A stretch of 63,330 nucleotides of DNA, filler included, from Reclinomonas americana ATCC 50394 (Eukaryota), in assembly GCA_048213135.1 (NCBI GenBank). It is 6 parts of 4 records of this genome, joined end to end, with 100 filler letters (N's around TTAATTAATTAA, not from the genome) between each part and the next. Parts side by side here need not be neighbours in the genome. Positions count along the whole stretch, not along the records: positions 1 to 13,768 come from PS015547.1; positions 13,869 to 37,222 come from PS015547.1; 4 more parts are not named here. One strand, 5' to 3'. Both the position numbers and the translations under genes were made by a program. This document shows positions 11,942-24,037 of this stretch, one piece after another. A model generated the notes under the pieces. It was given only the letters and a program-made list of their open reading frames with translations, ran no database searches and had not been told where the DNA came from. Within the stretch, counting starts at the first letter, position 1; every line of letters starts with the position of its first letter.

Positions 11942-13725
11942 CTATGACGAGGACGCAGAGCCGGCCGACGTCGTCTCCAACAGCTGCGGCTGCTGCTCCT
12001 GGAGACTCTTTACAGCAGCAAGCTGGTGCTCCTCTGCGTGAATACTCTGCGGAATAGGAAGTGGACTAGAGGCCAGCATATCTGGACCATCGGTAGACAC
12101 AGAGTCGGTGAAGAATGGACCGCGCGACGCCAGTCGAGCCCTGGCAGACAGCACCCACGGTCCGAAAGGCATATTGCGTTGAATGCTCGCCGCATCCAAC
12201 ACAGACGACAACGGTCGACCAAAGACGGTAGTCACTGCGCAGAGTCGCTTGCGTCAGGGAAAAAAACAGAGCAATCTCAAGAGCCTACGGCACGCACCTT
12301 CCAAAGACTCAGCAGTTCGAACCCGCTCCACATTCGGGCGAGGTACAACCGGACTCAAGTCATCGTCGCCTGCTGCCACAGACTCCACAGGACCTGGCAC
12401 AGGCGCCTTGCGAGACTGACGTCGCTTCCTCGTCGAGAACGTCGGCATGCTGTGCTCGATACTCGCCGCATCCAACATGGACATGATCCCCCGACCGAAG
12501 CTTACTTTTTCTGCAAGAAAACATACAAAGATAAGTAACACAGCAGACAAGTGCAGATAGTTTGTTCACTTACCGTCGGCGGTCACCTCAGTATGTGCAT
12601 CGTCAACACGCTGAGTCGTCGTCGCGCTCTCATCACGTTGCGCGGCGGTATCTGAGGGCGCCCTTCGCGACGAGCGCCGCTTCTTCGTAGAGAACGTCGG
12701 CATGCTGTGCTCGATACTCGCCGCATCCAACATGGACATGATCCCCCGACCGAAGCTTACTTTTCCTGCAAGAAAACATACAAAGATAAGTAACACAGCA
12801 GACAAGTGCAGATAGTTTGTTCACTTACCGTCGGCGGTCACCTCAGTATGTGCATCGTCAACACGCTGCGTCGTCGTCGCGCTCTCATCACGTTGCGCGG
12901 CGGTATCTGACGGCGCCATTCGCGACGAGCGCCGCTTCTTCGTCGAGAATGTCGGCATGGTGAGTTCGATACTCGTCGCATTCAACATGGACATGATCCC
13001 CCGACCGAAGTTTGCTTTCCCTGCATAGACATAAGACTCAAAACACGAAACATTGCAGGAGGCTTATCCACTCACCCACGACGGGCACCACAGCATTCGC
13101 ATCGTCACCACGCTGAGTCGCCGCAGCGCTCTGGTCATCATGTATGGTGGCATCTGACGGCGCTCTCGGTGACGAGCGACGTTTCTTCGTCGAGAATGTC
13201 GGCATTGTGAGCTCGATGGTGGCCGCGTCCAGCATTCCAAGAATCGAGAATCCGTTACCACGCTTCCCGACTTCCTCGTCTGCGCCGACCTCGACAACAT
13301 CATCAGCCTCTGCCGCACCGCCTCTGACTAAATATCGCGCAGAGTCCGCGTGCAACGTAAAGCCCTTCCAGTGGCGGTGGCGCAGATCCCGGCCGTGACC
13401 TCCGGTTACCACAGACTGTTCACGCTCCTCAGCTGTACGACTGGAGGAATCCAGGACACTGTCACCATCGCAAACGTCACCGACTGCAGGCCCAGCTTCA
13501 AAGGCGGTAACCAAATCACTGGCGACTGCCGGAACACCGTTTACAGCTTGCAGCAGCACAGGCGACGACAAGTCCTCCGTTCCAAGTGCCGGGTTCGCAA
13601 ACGAGACGGCACGACGAACATGCGCACCAGGGCGAGGAGCAGTAAGTGGCGGCATCGGCGTATCACCACCAAGCGCAACAGCCGGTGAGTCGAGGACAAC
13701 ATGCGACAGAGGAGTGGTGACACCT
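11942..13725 (-). CDS. Orphan protein with tandem exon-intron repeats (motif SMLDAASIEHSMPTFSTKKRR); 5' end in gap
   Basis: Open exons separated by GTAAGT/GTGAGT...CAG introns; motif recurs five times. Confidence 0.55.
12150..13250 (-). repeat. Tandem ~255-bp exon+intron duplication units
   Basis: Near-identical blocks starting at 12571 and 12826 (period 255), with more diverged flanking copies. Confidence 0.9.
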
Positions 13726-13902
13726 GCCAACACACACGAAACACAATCAACACAAAAGATACCAAGCANNNNNNNNNNNNNNNNNNNNNNNNNNNNNNNN
13801 NNNNNNNNNNNNTTAATTAATTAANNNNNNNNNNNNNNNNNNNNNNNNNNNNNNNNNNNNNNNNNNNNCTAAGGACCGTCCTCCGTACGCGACTCGCACG
13901 TC

Positions 13903-13951
<49 letters not shown>

Positions 13952-14028
13952 TCCCTCCCTCCCTCCCTCTCTCCTCCCCTCCCCCCTCCTCCCTCCCTCC
14001 CTCCCTCACCCTCCTCCCCCACTCACAG

Positions 14029-15289
14029 ATGACTCTGTGTGTATCGCCGACGACGACAGCCTGCTTGTTGGCGAGTGCGAAGACATGTGCCCAGCAGCTG
14101 AGCAGGCGATGCGTGTCGGTGCCGAGCTGGTGTCGCCTTTCGAGCGCATCGGATCGACGCTGGTGTGTGTCAAGCAGTACCAGCGACCGAATGCACTGAA
14201 CAGCCGACCGGAGCCACCAGCGGTGTGTCTCTCTTAAAAGAGAGAGAGAGGGAAGAGGATCCTGTCTCCCTTCGTCACCTTCTCATCCCCATCGCCTCTC
14301 CTCCTTCTCCCCCCGTCCGTCAGGTCCGCACGCCAGCCGCCTTGGAGAGGACAACGCAGCATTTGCTCGGCGACGTGCTGCCTCGTTTCGTGGCGACGCA
14401 TTCGCTGCCGTCGGTGGTGGACTTTGTCGCGGATCGCCTGCGGGCGGTGCGCTTCGATCTCCGCATCCAGCAGCATGCCTCGACGGAGAGCCTGAACATG
14501 CTGCAGCGCATGATTCGCTTCTGTGCGTCCAGACTCACCTCTCCTCCTATCTCTTCATCGCACTCATTGTCGTCGTCGTCTGGTAGATATTGTGGTCGAG
14601 TACCTGCTGTGCGAGGAGTCGGAGGCGGCATTCTCGTCGCACCACAACACGCGACAGTTGACCGATGCACTCGTGTCGTATCGCCAGCAGTGTTGCGTCT
14701 GGTGCACCTTTCCTTTGCCGCACTGCCTACTCACCGCCCTCGACCAGGCCGACAGCTGAGTCGCGACGAGAGCTCACACATTGTCGCCCTGCGTCTGCTG
14801 CTCGACCTCTCATCTCCGCTGCACGGTTCGTTGTTGGCGCTGCAACTGGCCAGGTCGTCGCCGCGGGTGGCATTCGCTGTGCGTGCTGGAAGAGCGTATC
14901 GTGCCCGCGACTATGTCGGCTTCTTTCGCCTGTTGCAAAGCGCGTCGCCCGAGTTGATTGTCGAGTGGTGTGCGCTGCATCGCCATGTCGCAGCAATGCG
15001 TCAACGTGCCATTCACGTCGTGGTGCGTGCATATCGGCCGACCAAGTTCTCCCTGGGCACGCTGGCCACTCTCTTGCTGTGGAACTGTGAGGAGCTGGAG
15101 ATTGTGCTGGCCGCTGGGCGCGTCAAGCTGGCGCCAGGCACCAACGGAGCCGTGCTGCTCGATCTGGCAGCGCCGATTCCTGCCGACGCCGTGCTGGCGG
15201 TTCCACACCGCCGCCTCGCCGACTCTTTATGGGATGCTGTTCGATGCGGACGGCCGCTGGAGGTTGTGGTCGCCGAGTCTGTGGATTAA
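14029..15289 (+). CDS. SAC3/GANP (PCI-domain) family protein, SAC3D1-like; 5' end possibly in gap
   Basis: VGECEDMCP, VKQYQR, VRTPAALERT, FVADRLRAVRFDLRIQ, DYVGFFRLL motifs; three internal introns. Confidence 0.85.
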
Positions 15290-15506
15290 CATGTGGGCGA
15301 TGCTGTTGTGCACACACGCACGGACATGCCGCTAGCGCTGGCCGCATCCCCCTGGTGCCGGCCGACACAAGAGCGGCGCAGGATTGGTACCTACTGCGCA
15401 TCGTCGTACGCGACACTCCTCGTGAAATAAAAGTGTGTCATGCGACACGTCTTTTCTTCATGTTGCATCGTCCGTCTCCTGTCTCTCACTCTCTCTCCCC
15501 AACACC

Positions 15507-16549
15507 TCACAACTTGGCATTGAGCAAGTACGTTTCCACACGCATCGTCAAAATCCTGGCCCAGATGCGCAACAGCACCAGTGGATTGGCCAGCACGCTG
15601 TGCACGGGTCCGTAGATCTCGCGCTTCAGCGTCGAATACACCACGCGCTGGTTGCCGACCTGCTTGGCGGCGTCCGCGGCCATGGTCATCGCCATGGTCA
15701 TCAGTGGATCCGGCGCATCGGCAGCGGCTCCGGCGGCCGGCTGCGCCACAGCATCAATGATGCCCTTGGCCACAGCATCAGTCGCGGTCCATCGCTGCGA
15801 CAGGAGCACCGACGTGCGCATCGTGTTGCCACCCGGCAGCTTGCCCAAGGTGATGGCGCGGAAGCCCGACGAGAGCGGCATGCCGAGCTTCATCTCCGGG
15901 AGGCACAGGAAGCCGCGATCGGAGCGCATGATCCTGTGCGATCGGCAGTGAGTGAAAAACGGAGAACAACTGCAGCCGGCGAGGCACGCAGGCAGCACCT
16001 GTAGTCGCACACGAGAGCCAAGAAGAATCCCGCACCAAATGCGTGGCCATTGATGGCGGCCACAGTCGGCACACCGAGTGTGAGAATGCGGTCGAGGACG
16101 CGATACACTGACGCCACCTGCATGCATGCATGAATGAGACAGATGACGAAAAAGAAGTGAGAAAAGGCGCAACACACCAGCGATGGCATGTTCATTGGGC
16201 TCTTCTTGAGGTACCCAGTGTCGAGACCATTGGAGAAGAACTTGTCGCGAGAGGTAATGATCAGTGCACGCACTGACTTGTTACTGCATTTTGTTGTCGA
16301 TCATCATCAGTTTGCATGCATCGTCCATCCATCAAGAAGACACTGTCTTCTTCTTCTTCTTCTTACTCTTGAGACCTCCTTGTCACCTCACCTCTCCACT
16401 TGCGTGACAGCGGCATTGAGTGCATTCACGAATGCGGGGTTGAAGAGGTTGTCATTCTGCGCTCCTGCATGCATGGTCATCACTGCCACACCGCCATCGC
16501 GAACTGCGACGGAGATCAGTTCACTGCTCTTGTTGCTGCTCCGGCTCAT
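15507..16549 (-). CDS. Peroxisomal enoyl-CoA delta-isomerase/hydratase (crotonase family)
   Basis: KFFSNGLD, PTVAAINGHAFGAG, CDYR.MRSDRGFLCLPE; C-terminal AKL (PTS1); three introns. Confidence 0.9.
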
Positions 16550-16644
16550 CGCAAACACCACACACTCTCTCACTCCAACGAAGAGTTGTCAACTCCGTCC
16601 GACAGTCGGGTCAACTTCGCAACATGCTTTCACTTTCTCGTGGC

Positions 16645-19304
16645 TCACACACCCTGCCCCTCGTCCAACCGCTGCGACCATTGACGGTTGGAGGGCGATG
16701 TGGTCACTGGCGACTGCCTGCTTCGTTTCAGCAGCACGAAAATCGTCACCAGCACCAACACCGTCGTGACCAGGCTGCCGCCCATCAGCACCGCCAAGAC
16801 GACACCGTTGCCGCTCTTGGGCTTGTCTCCGTGATCGTTGTGATCGCTGTGATCGTCGTCATCGTTGGCGTCGGCGGGCTTCGGGGCGAAAATGATGCGG
16901 TCGGTGGGGGGTCGCGCCACCATGCCCATTTTGCTGATGTAGTCGACCAAGCTGTCGGCCTGCGTGGTGCCAAAGTCGTTGTAGCGCGCGAGCTCTGTCA
17001 GCATGGAGAAGCCATCGCCGCCGCGCTGAAGGAAACTGGAAAACGCCACACTGTAGGTCTGGTCGTCGTCGATTTTGGTGCCGTCCAGCAGAGTCGCATT
17101 CCACTGCGCAACACGAAGTGAGCAGCGCACCCACCCAATCACCACCGCTAGAGAAACCATAGACGCACTACTCGGTGACCCACTGGCTGCTGCATGTCGA
17201 TCCAGTAGCGGAAACCCGACACTTGCAGGAAACCTCCGCCACCCACCACCGATGCGCTGCGATGAATGCGTGGGAACCGGAACACGATAGCTCTGCTGCC
17301 GTCGACGTCTCATCTCACCTGTGCTCCAACACTTCGTGCAACTGATCGCCAGTGAGCCACGACTCGACCACCGTGTTGCCGAACGGGAACACCTCGTAGA
17401 CGGCACCTGTGGGGCGCGCAGCCAGCAGGTGAACGAGGAGACAAAAATCGCTGAAAAACAGACTGGATTCACGCAACCGTATGACACGGGGCCAGCATCG
17501 ATGGAGGCGCGAATGTTGCCACCTGGCGCATGAGGTTACCCCGTGAGGACGAGACTCGACGACGAGCACATGCGAGTTACAAACCATTGATGAATGCAAT
17601 CTGCGTCTTGGCTGTCGCTCGCAGCGCATCGGCGGCGAAACTGCCCAGCGTGCACTCGGCATTGCGACACTGGCCGCTCAGCGGCACTGGAGTCGATGAA
17701 AGCGGCTTTTGCAACAGATCGTAGACGCTCATCGTATAGGCTACATCGCTCCACCACCGTGAGCGACTGTCGTTGCAGCAGCAGTATACTTGACGCAACG
17801 ATTCAACAGCTCGTCGATGGCCGGGTTCGACGGCACATCGAGTTTCATCATCGTGGTGGCACCGGAGCATTGCAGCACGTCACCATGCGTGTCGAACACC
17901 AACTGCTCAAACTGTGTCAGCGCGCGACTGCATCAGCGAACGACGACTACTGCGGCACGGGGGAGAACCATCAGTGAGCCGAGATATTCGTCCCAGCACT
18001 TGGCCTGCACGACACACACGAGACGGCCCTCGGCATCCTCCACGACGGTCGGGTACTGATTTGGAGGCAAGTACGTGTGGGTCTGTGTGCACATCGCATG
18101 AATCACTCCGTGAGAGATCTGCAGAAAAAAGGCCAGCATGGCTTTGGCAGCGCAACCCAACATGCCCGCCAATGATGGCATCCACTCCGCGCAGCTTTGA
18201 CGCCAGCTCCAAATCCTCGCCGTAGCCGAGATGGCTGAGCAGAATCACCTGCGCGCCGCTCACCATATAAGGCACGTACGCTCTTCCCCTTTCACACTCG
18301 GCTCTCTCGATTGCAAACCTTGTCCACGTTCTCGTTGGAGAGAGCATCGACGGCGGCCTGGACGGGTTCGCGCGCATCGACAAATCTCGACTGCGGACTG
18401 GCGGCGGCAGTGTACGCCGTCGATGGTGTGATGGCACCCTGCAGTGATGCATTTTTTTCGTGACGAACTGCTTCGCGATGCAACACGCCACATCGCAGAA
18501 AACAAACCACAATGCCCACACGATGGCCCGACGGCATCGTCCGAATCGTGTACGGCTGGATGCGTGTGAAACTCTTGTGCAGCGGGTCCTCCGACATGTC
18601 GAGATTGGCTACCAGCACATCGACAGCGGGATTGAGTGCGTCCATGTACTGCGCCAGTCCGGCAGAGCCGCGATCAAACTCGTGATTGCTGTGTGAGACG
18701 CACGAGTGAGACAACTGCGCATGCACCGCACATCTTGTCTCTCTCTCTTCACAAACACACCCCAGCGTGATGGCGTCGTATCCCACAGCGTTGATCATGG
18801 TGGCCGCCAGCTGTTCCAACACCCAGATGAGTGACCGAGTACGTCGCTCAAGCACGCACAGGGCAGCACACAACTGATGGTCCATGAATGGTGAAGAAGA
18901 GCGAGCCTTGAAACTCGTCGCCAGCATACACCCACAGCGCATCCACACCAGCAGCTATATCGGCTTCTCTCCGCCGGTGCATCTCCGCCATGGCACGCGC
19001 AATGCCACCGCGGCATGGACTCAGCGGCATTGCGAGATCTGCGGGATTGCGTAATGAATGACGACTGATGCAATGCACTCTCCCTCTCTCTCTTGCTCTC
19101 CCTCCGTTTGTTTCACTTGCCTGCAGGGAGACACGTGATGCCCGAGGCCTTGAACGGCAAGTAATGTGCATGCACATCGTTGAGATGATAGATTTGCAGC
19201 TCATACGTCAGATCACCATCGTCTCCTTCGTTCTGTGCATGTGCGATGGAGAGGTAGGCGACGAGAAGAAGCACTGTGAACAGTGCAGCCACACTGCGGC
19301 TCAT
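16645..19304 (-). CDS. Ecto-5'-nucleotidase/apyrase with signal peptide and C-terminal transmembrane helix
   Basis: HLNDVHAH, AGDEFQGSLFF, LGNHEFD, LSHLGY, IIGGHTHT, NGGNIR, VFPFGN, FLQVSG, GGDGF; about 11 introns. Confidence 0.93.
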
Positions 19305-19643
19305 GATCGTCCGAGGAACGAGGTGAGTGTGCGTCGACGTCCGGATCGCGAGGGACAACTGCGAGACTGTGCCGTGCTTCGCGTGTTCTGCGTTTGTCTC
19401 TTCGTATCTTCTCGCTAACAGACGGGGGGTGAACGAAGCTCGCTGTCGATGATCTTCTGTCGTTCTCAGATTGTCGACATCGCGACGTCGACGTCGGATA
19501 CTTGCCAGCACCGATCCGCATCGCCTTGGCGGTGGTGGAACACGTGCCTCAACTATAGTACAAGAGTGCGCACGGTGTTCTCGCGCCTGCAGTCGTGCAG
19601 AAGACCGCCAGCAATCGTCGTGTCCTGTGCACCGTTCTCATCA

Positions 19644-20522
19644 ATGTCGTTTGCCGACGAGTTCCCCGCGCTGAACCTCGTTCTGTCGCGCAAGCGCGTT
19701 AGTGCTGCTGCGTCACCATCAGCACCACCACGAAGCCGCTCAGAGAAGAGTCGACGTCGACGCGTGGTGGCGCTCGTCGATCCCACCGCCGACAAGGAGA
19801 ACATCGAGCACAGTCGTGCTGTTGCCATTGTCTGCGAACAACCACCACCACCCCAGCAGCAACAACAACAGCCACTGTCGCGCAACGGAAAGACAGCAGA
19901 GGAGGTGCAAGAGGAACAGTACAAGGCGGCAGTGACAGTTGCGCGCGAAAGCGATCCACTCACCAGCCTCCCGTCTTCTTCTGCTCTCCTTTGCTCACCT
20001 GGTGCATGAGAGAAAACAGCTCCAACAATGGTGGCTCCGCGTTCTCTTTCGTCGCCACTTGCGTCGCCGTCGCGAGGAGCGGCTTCGACTGGAACGCGCG
20101 CAACAAGCACAACGACAACGCGATCGTTTCATGCGCATTGTGCGCGTGGTGCGTCTCGGCTTGCTGCGAGTGCTGCTGCTCGATCGATGGCGAGCGTTTG
20201 TCGAGCACAAGAAGCGATTGCGACGCTTGTGGCTTGTGCGCGACTTGTCGTGGGTCGACAATGACGATGACGACGACGATGAAGACGATGACGATGACGA
20301 CTGCGGCCGCAGGTTCGTTGTGCGGCCACCGCCACCCTTCAATGCGGTAAAGGCAGCACGTGAGGGCGGGCGAGTGCGCCTGGCGTTCCTATACCATCGA
20401 TGGTGAGTGCCTCCACTCGTGAGCCGCACAAACACACGTGTGTGATGATGATGTGTCGCAGGCATGTGCTGTCTACGTTTTTCGTGCGCTGGAAGTCGCG
20501 TGCCGTGGAACCGTATCCATGA
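19644..20522 (+). CDS. Hypothetical protein with Sfi1-like repeat(s)
   Basis: Spliced ORF containing LLRVLLLDRWRAF and VLSTFFVRWKSR; first intron boundaries uncertain. Confidence 0.4.
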
Positions 20523-20555
20523 GGTCTACACCGACTGTTTTCATTTGCTTTTCCA

Positions 20556-23385
20556 TCACACACGGTAGGAGCCGTACTTGGGTTTGGCGTGTCGCGTTTC
20601 GGGACGCCGCGCCTCGACCACCTGCCGGGAACGCGTGCGTGGCGTCGGCTGCGAGGCGTCGCTCTCCTCCACATCGGGCGCCGATGCTCCAGACGCAGCC
20701 GACTGTTGCGACTGTTGTGATGCAGACACGGGCGACGTGGCATCACCCGGGTTCGCCATTTGCCGGCTGCGCGATCGGGTCAGCGGTCCACCAGAGGGCG
20801 ACAAGGCAGAGCCAGTGGAGTCTTGTGAGGCCGACACTGGGGGCTGTGATGCGGGAGTGGCTTCCGCGTCACCGCCGTCGTCACCATCGTCCGAATCCTG
20901 CGCCACACAGAATGAAACAAAGTCCACGAACAGAGTCAGGGGAAAGGGGCGGCGTACCGATGAGCTCTCATCCAGTCGATATCGTCCACGCGTACGGCGC
21001 GTCTTTGTCGTCGTCGTAGTCGTAGTGGTGGCGGTCGCCGTCGATTTCGAAGACTCCTTGTCGCCCTTCTCCTGACTGCTGGCGGCAGCTGGCTGACCCG
21101 CCGACGGCCACCCTGCCACCATTGGTTGATACGAGAGGGCGCCGGAGGAGCGCAGCGGCTCGGGATGCGGCGGTGGACTGCTCTCGCCGGCTGCTGGTGC
21201 TGCAGCAGAGGCGGCGGAGGGAGTCTGTCGATCGAGGAAGCCAGTGCGTGGCCACGGCGGCTGCGCCGACATGGGTGCATCGTCCGAGTCGGCATCGCCG
21301 GCCTCGTTGCCGCTGCTGCTGGTGACCTCGTACTTGTCCTCGTCCATTGGCCGCCCTTCGTCGTCGCCATCGTTGCCAGTGTCCTCGTCGTCGCCTTGCA
21401 TGGCAACATCGTGACGCGCGGTCGGTGGAGCCACTGGCGAACCAGCGGGGCTGGCAAACTTGACAGTGCGATGCGGCGTGTCGGCCACCATGCTGTCCAT
21501 CATCGACGACGACACCGACGACTCATCCTCGCCACCACCCGCACCACTGGCCATTGGTGACATGTCGGAGTCGGCTTCGCTGGCGGCACCACCGCGGCTG
21601 CTCCGTCGACGACGAATCAGTCCGTATACCATACGCACCGGCGGTGTGCGCAACCGGGCTGCGGTAGTGGAACAAGGGATGAGTGACGACGCAGAAGAGA
21701 AAGAGAGCAGACAATGTGCAGCATACGCACTCGAGCCTGGTGTGCGAAGAATGGAGCGCGGCGATGTTTTGGGGGTCTGTGTGTTGATAGCGAGAGTCGG
21801 CGACAGATGGCTTCTCCCCCACTCTTCTCACACCCGCCATCTATATCTCACCGTTACCGCCGACGACGTCGCCAGTGTCGACCGATGCACAAACATGGGC
21901 GACTTGAAACCGAGATTCATCTCGTTCGGGCTGGTGACCAGCGTCGCGCTGCGTGGCGTGTTGAGTCCACTGCTGGCGGCAAATGCCTTGGGCGGGAGAG
22001 CCGAAGTCGACCGCCTGACAAACACCGGAGTGCGCGGCATGTCTTGCGGCAGCGACGACAGTGACGCGGAGACGCCGGCCGCTCGCGGAGTCTGACACAC
22101 GTCAACCAAAGTGAGCCGCATGAAGCGCGAGACATTATCTGTGTGACTGACTGACGCAACTCGTCGATTGAACCGAATGGTCGGCGTGCCCGTTTCCATG
22201 GAAGACACAGCGGAGGGAGGCGTGAGGCTGGTGGCGGAGACCGACGGTGTCGAAGCGGTGACCGACGGCGAGCGCATGTCGATGCGCCGCACAGGCGTAG
22301 AGATGCGAGCGGGGCTAGCCTCGGCGGCCAGTGGCGTGGAGGATGCGGCGGCAGCAGCAGCGGCTGCAGCAGCAGCGGCGGCACCACCAACAGGAGAATG
22401 TTGCTCCGCATGTGTCTCCAACATCTTGAATGGGGTGAACCCAATGTTGGTTCGCCTGTTCAAGATGTGAGGATGCAGGAGAGAGAGACTGAACAGCTAG
22501 AAGAACAGAAGGAGCACACACCGAGTGGGTCGACTGGCAATCTCCACATGCGGCGACTTGGCTGGAGTCGGCGCGGCTGTGGCCCACATGGGACGCGCTG
22601 AAGGCACCACTGGTGTGCGCACACGTTCGAACAGACTGTCGCTGCTGCCGCGCAACACGGCCGGCGACATGGGCGGCACATTGTCCACTTGCATGCCACC
22701 TGCACACAGATCATCAGCACAATACGACGCGGTGACATAAACGTCTTCTCTGTGTGCACGAACCCGATGATGCCGGTGGCGCCGCTGCAGATACTTCTGT
22801 GGGATATGCGTCGGGCATGCCAGCATGGGACGTGTTCTGTTCCAGGAAAGGTGTGAAAAACGAATGTGCACAGAACGGTGCAACGAGAGTAGACGCGCAA
22901 CTTCAGCCAGTGAAATGGCGGCCATGCGCATCTCCTTGTGGGCCACGAGCTCGGCACGAGTGCACGAGTCCACTGCCTCGTCATCCTCATCCATCCGCAC
23001 AGTGCCGACGGGCCGCATTGTCTGCTCGGCCGCCGCCAGCGTGCGCACATGCACATCACGCCCCGTAGCCACATCGCACATACCGAGGAGCGATCGCTGG
23101 CTGCGCATTTGCAGCACAAACAACGCACTGCCACAGCGGTTCCGACGCTGCGCCACCACCGCCGCCTGCTGCACATCCAAGTACGTCGTGTCGATTTCGC
23201 TCTCCAATCTCTCAAACAAGAACGAGCGCAGCCGCGTCTCCTGTGGTCACACGCATGAGTACATTCGCAGCGTGCTCTCACACCTCCAACTCGCCACAAA
23301 CCTCATAGTCGGCCAACGGCAACGCCATGAGATCGTTCATGCGACCGTGGTCGAGGCAAAAGTGGAAGATGGAGTCGAGCATTTC

Positions 23386-23446
<61 letters not shown>

Positions 23447-23979
23447 AGTGGAGTGCGCGGAGAGCGGAGACGAACGACGACTAGCGCGACGAGACGACGA
23501 CCGACCGCCGCGTCGGACGGTAGGTCGACGACGACGACGACGGACGGNNNNNNNNNNNNNNNNNNNNNNNNNNNNNNNNNNNNNNNNNNNNNNNNNNNNN
23601 NNNNNNNNNNNNNNNNNNNNNNNNNNNNNNNNNNNNNNNNNNNNNNNNNNNNNNNNNNNNNNNNNNNNNNNNNNNNNNNNNNNNNNNNNNNNNNNNNNNN
23701 NNNNNNNNNNNNNNNNNNNNNNNNNNNNNNNNNNNNNNNNNNNNNNNNNNNNNNNNNNNNNNNNNNNNNNNNNNNNNNNNNNNNNNNNNNNNNNNNNNNN
23801 NNNNNNNNNNNNNNNNNNNNNNNNNNNNNNNNNNNNNNNNNNNNNNNNNNNNNNNNNNNNNNNNNNNNNNACCAACCACTATACGTCGACCGACCGACGA
23901 CCGACCACACGAGAGTCGTACTACTGACGACGTCGGTCGGCGAACGAAGTAACGGAAGAGAGAGTAGTAGACGATACTA

Positions 23980-24037
<58 letters not shown>

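Noticed and set aside
13813..13824. TTAATTAATTAA palindromes between N-runs (also 37267, 48781, 56692, 61931)
   Set aside because: Scaffolding linker with stops in all six frames; an assembly artefact.
23460..23980. CGAC/GTCG/TAG-rich quasi-repeats flanking gaps (also 1-55 and ~13870-13900)
   Set aside because: They sit at contig ends next to microsatellites and look like low-quality read tails, not a biological repeat.
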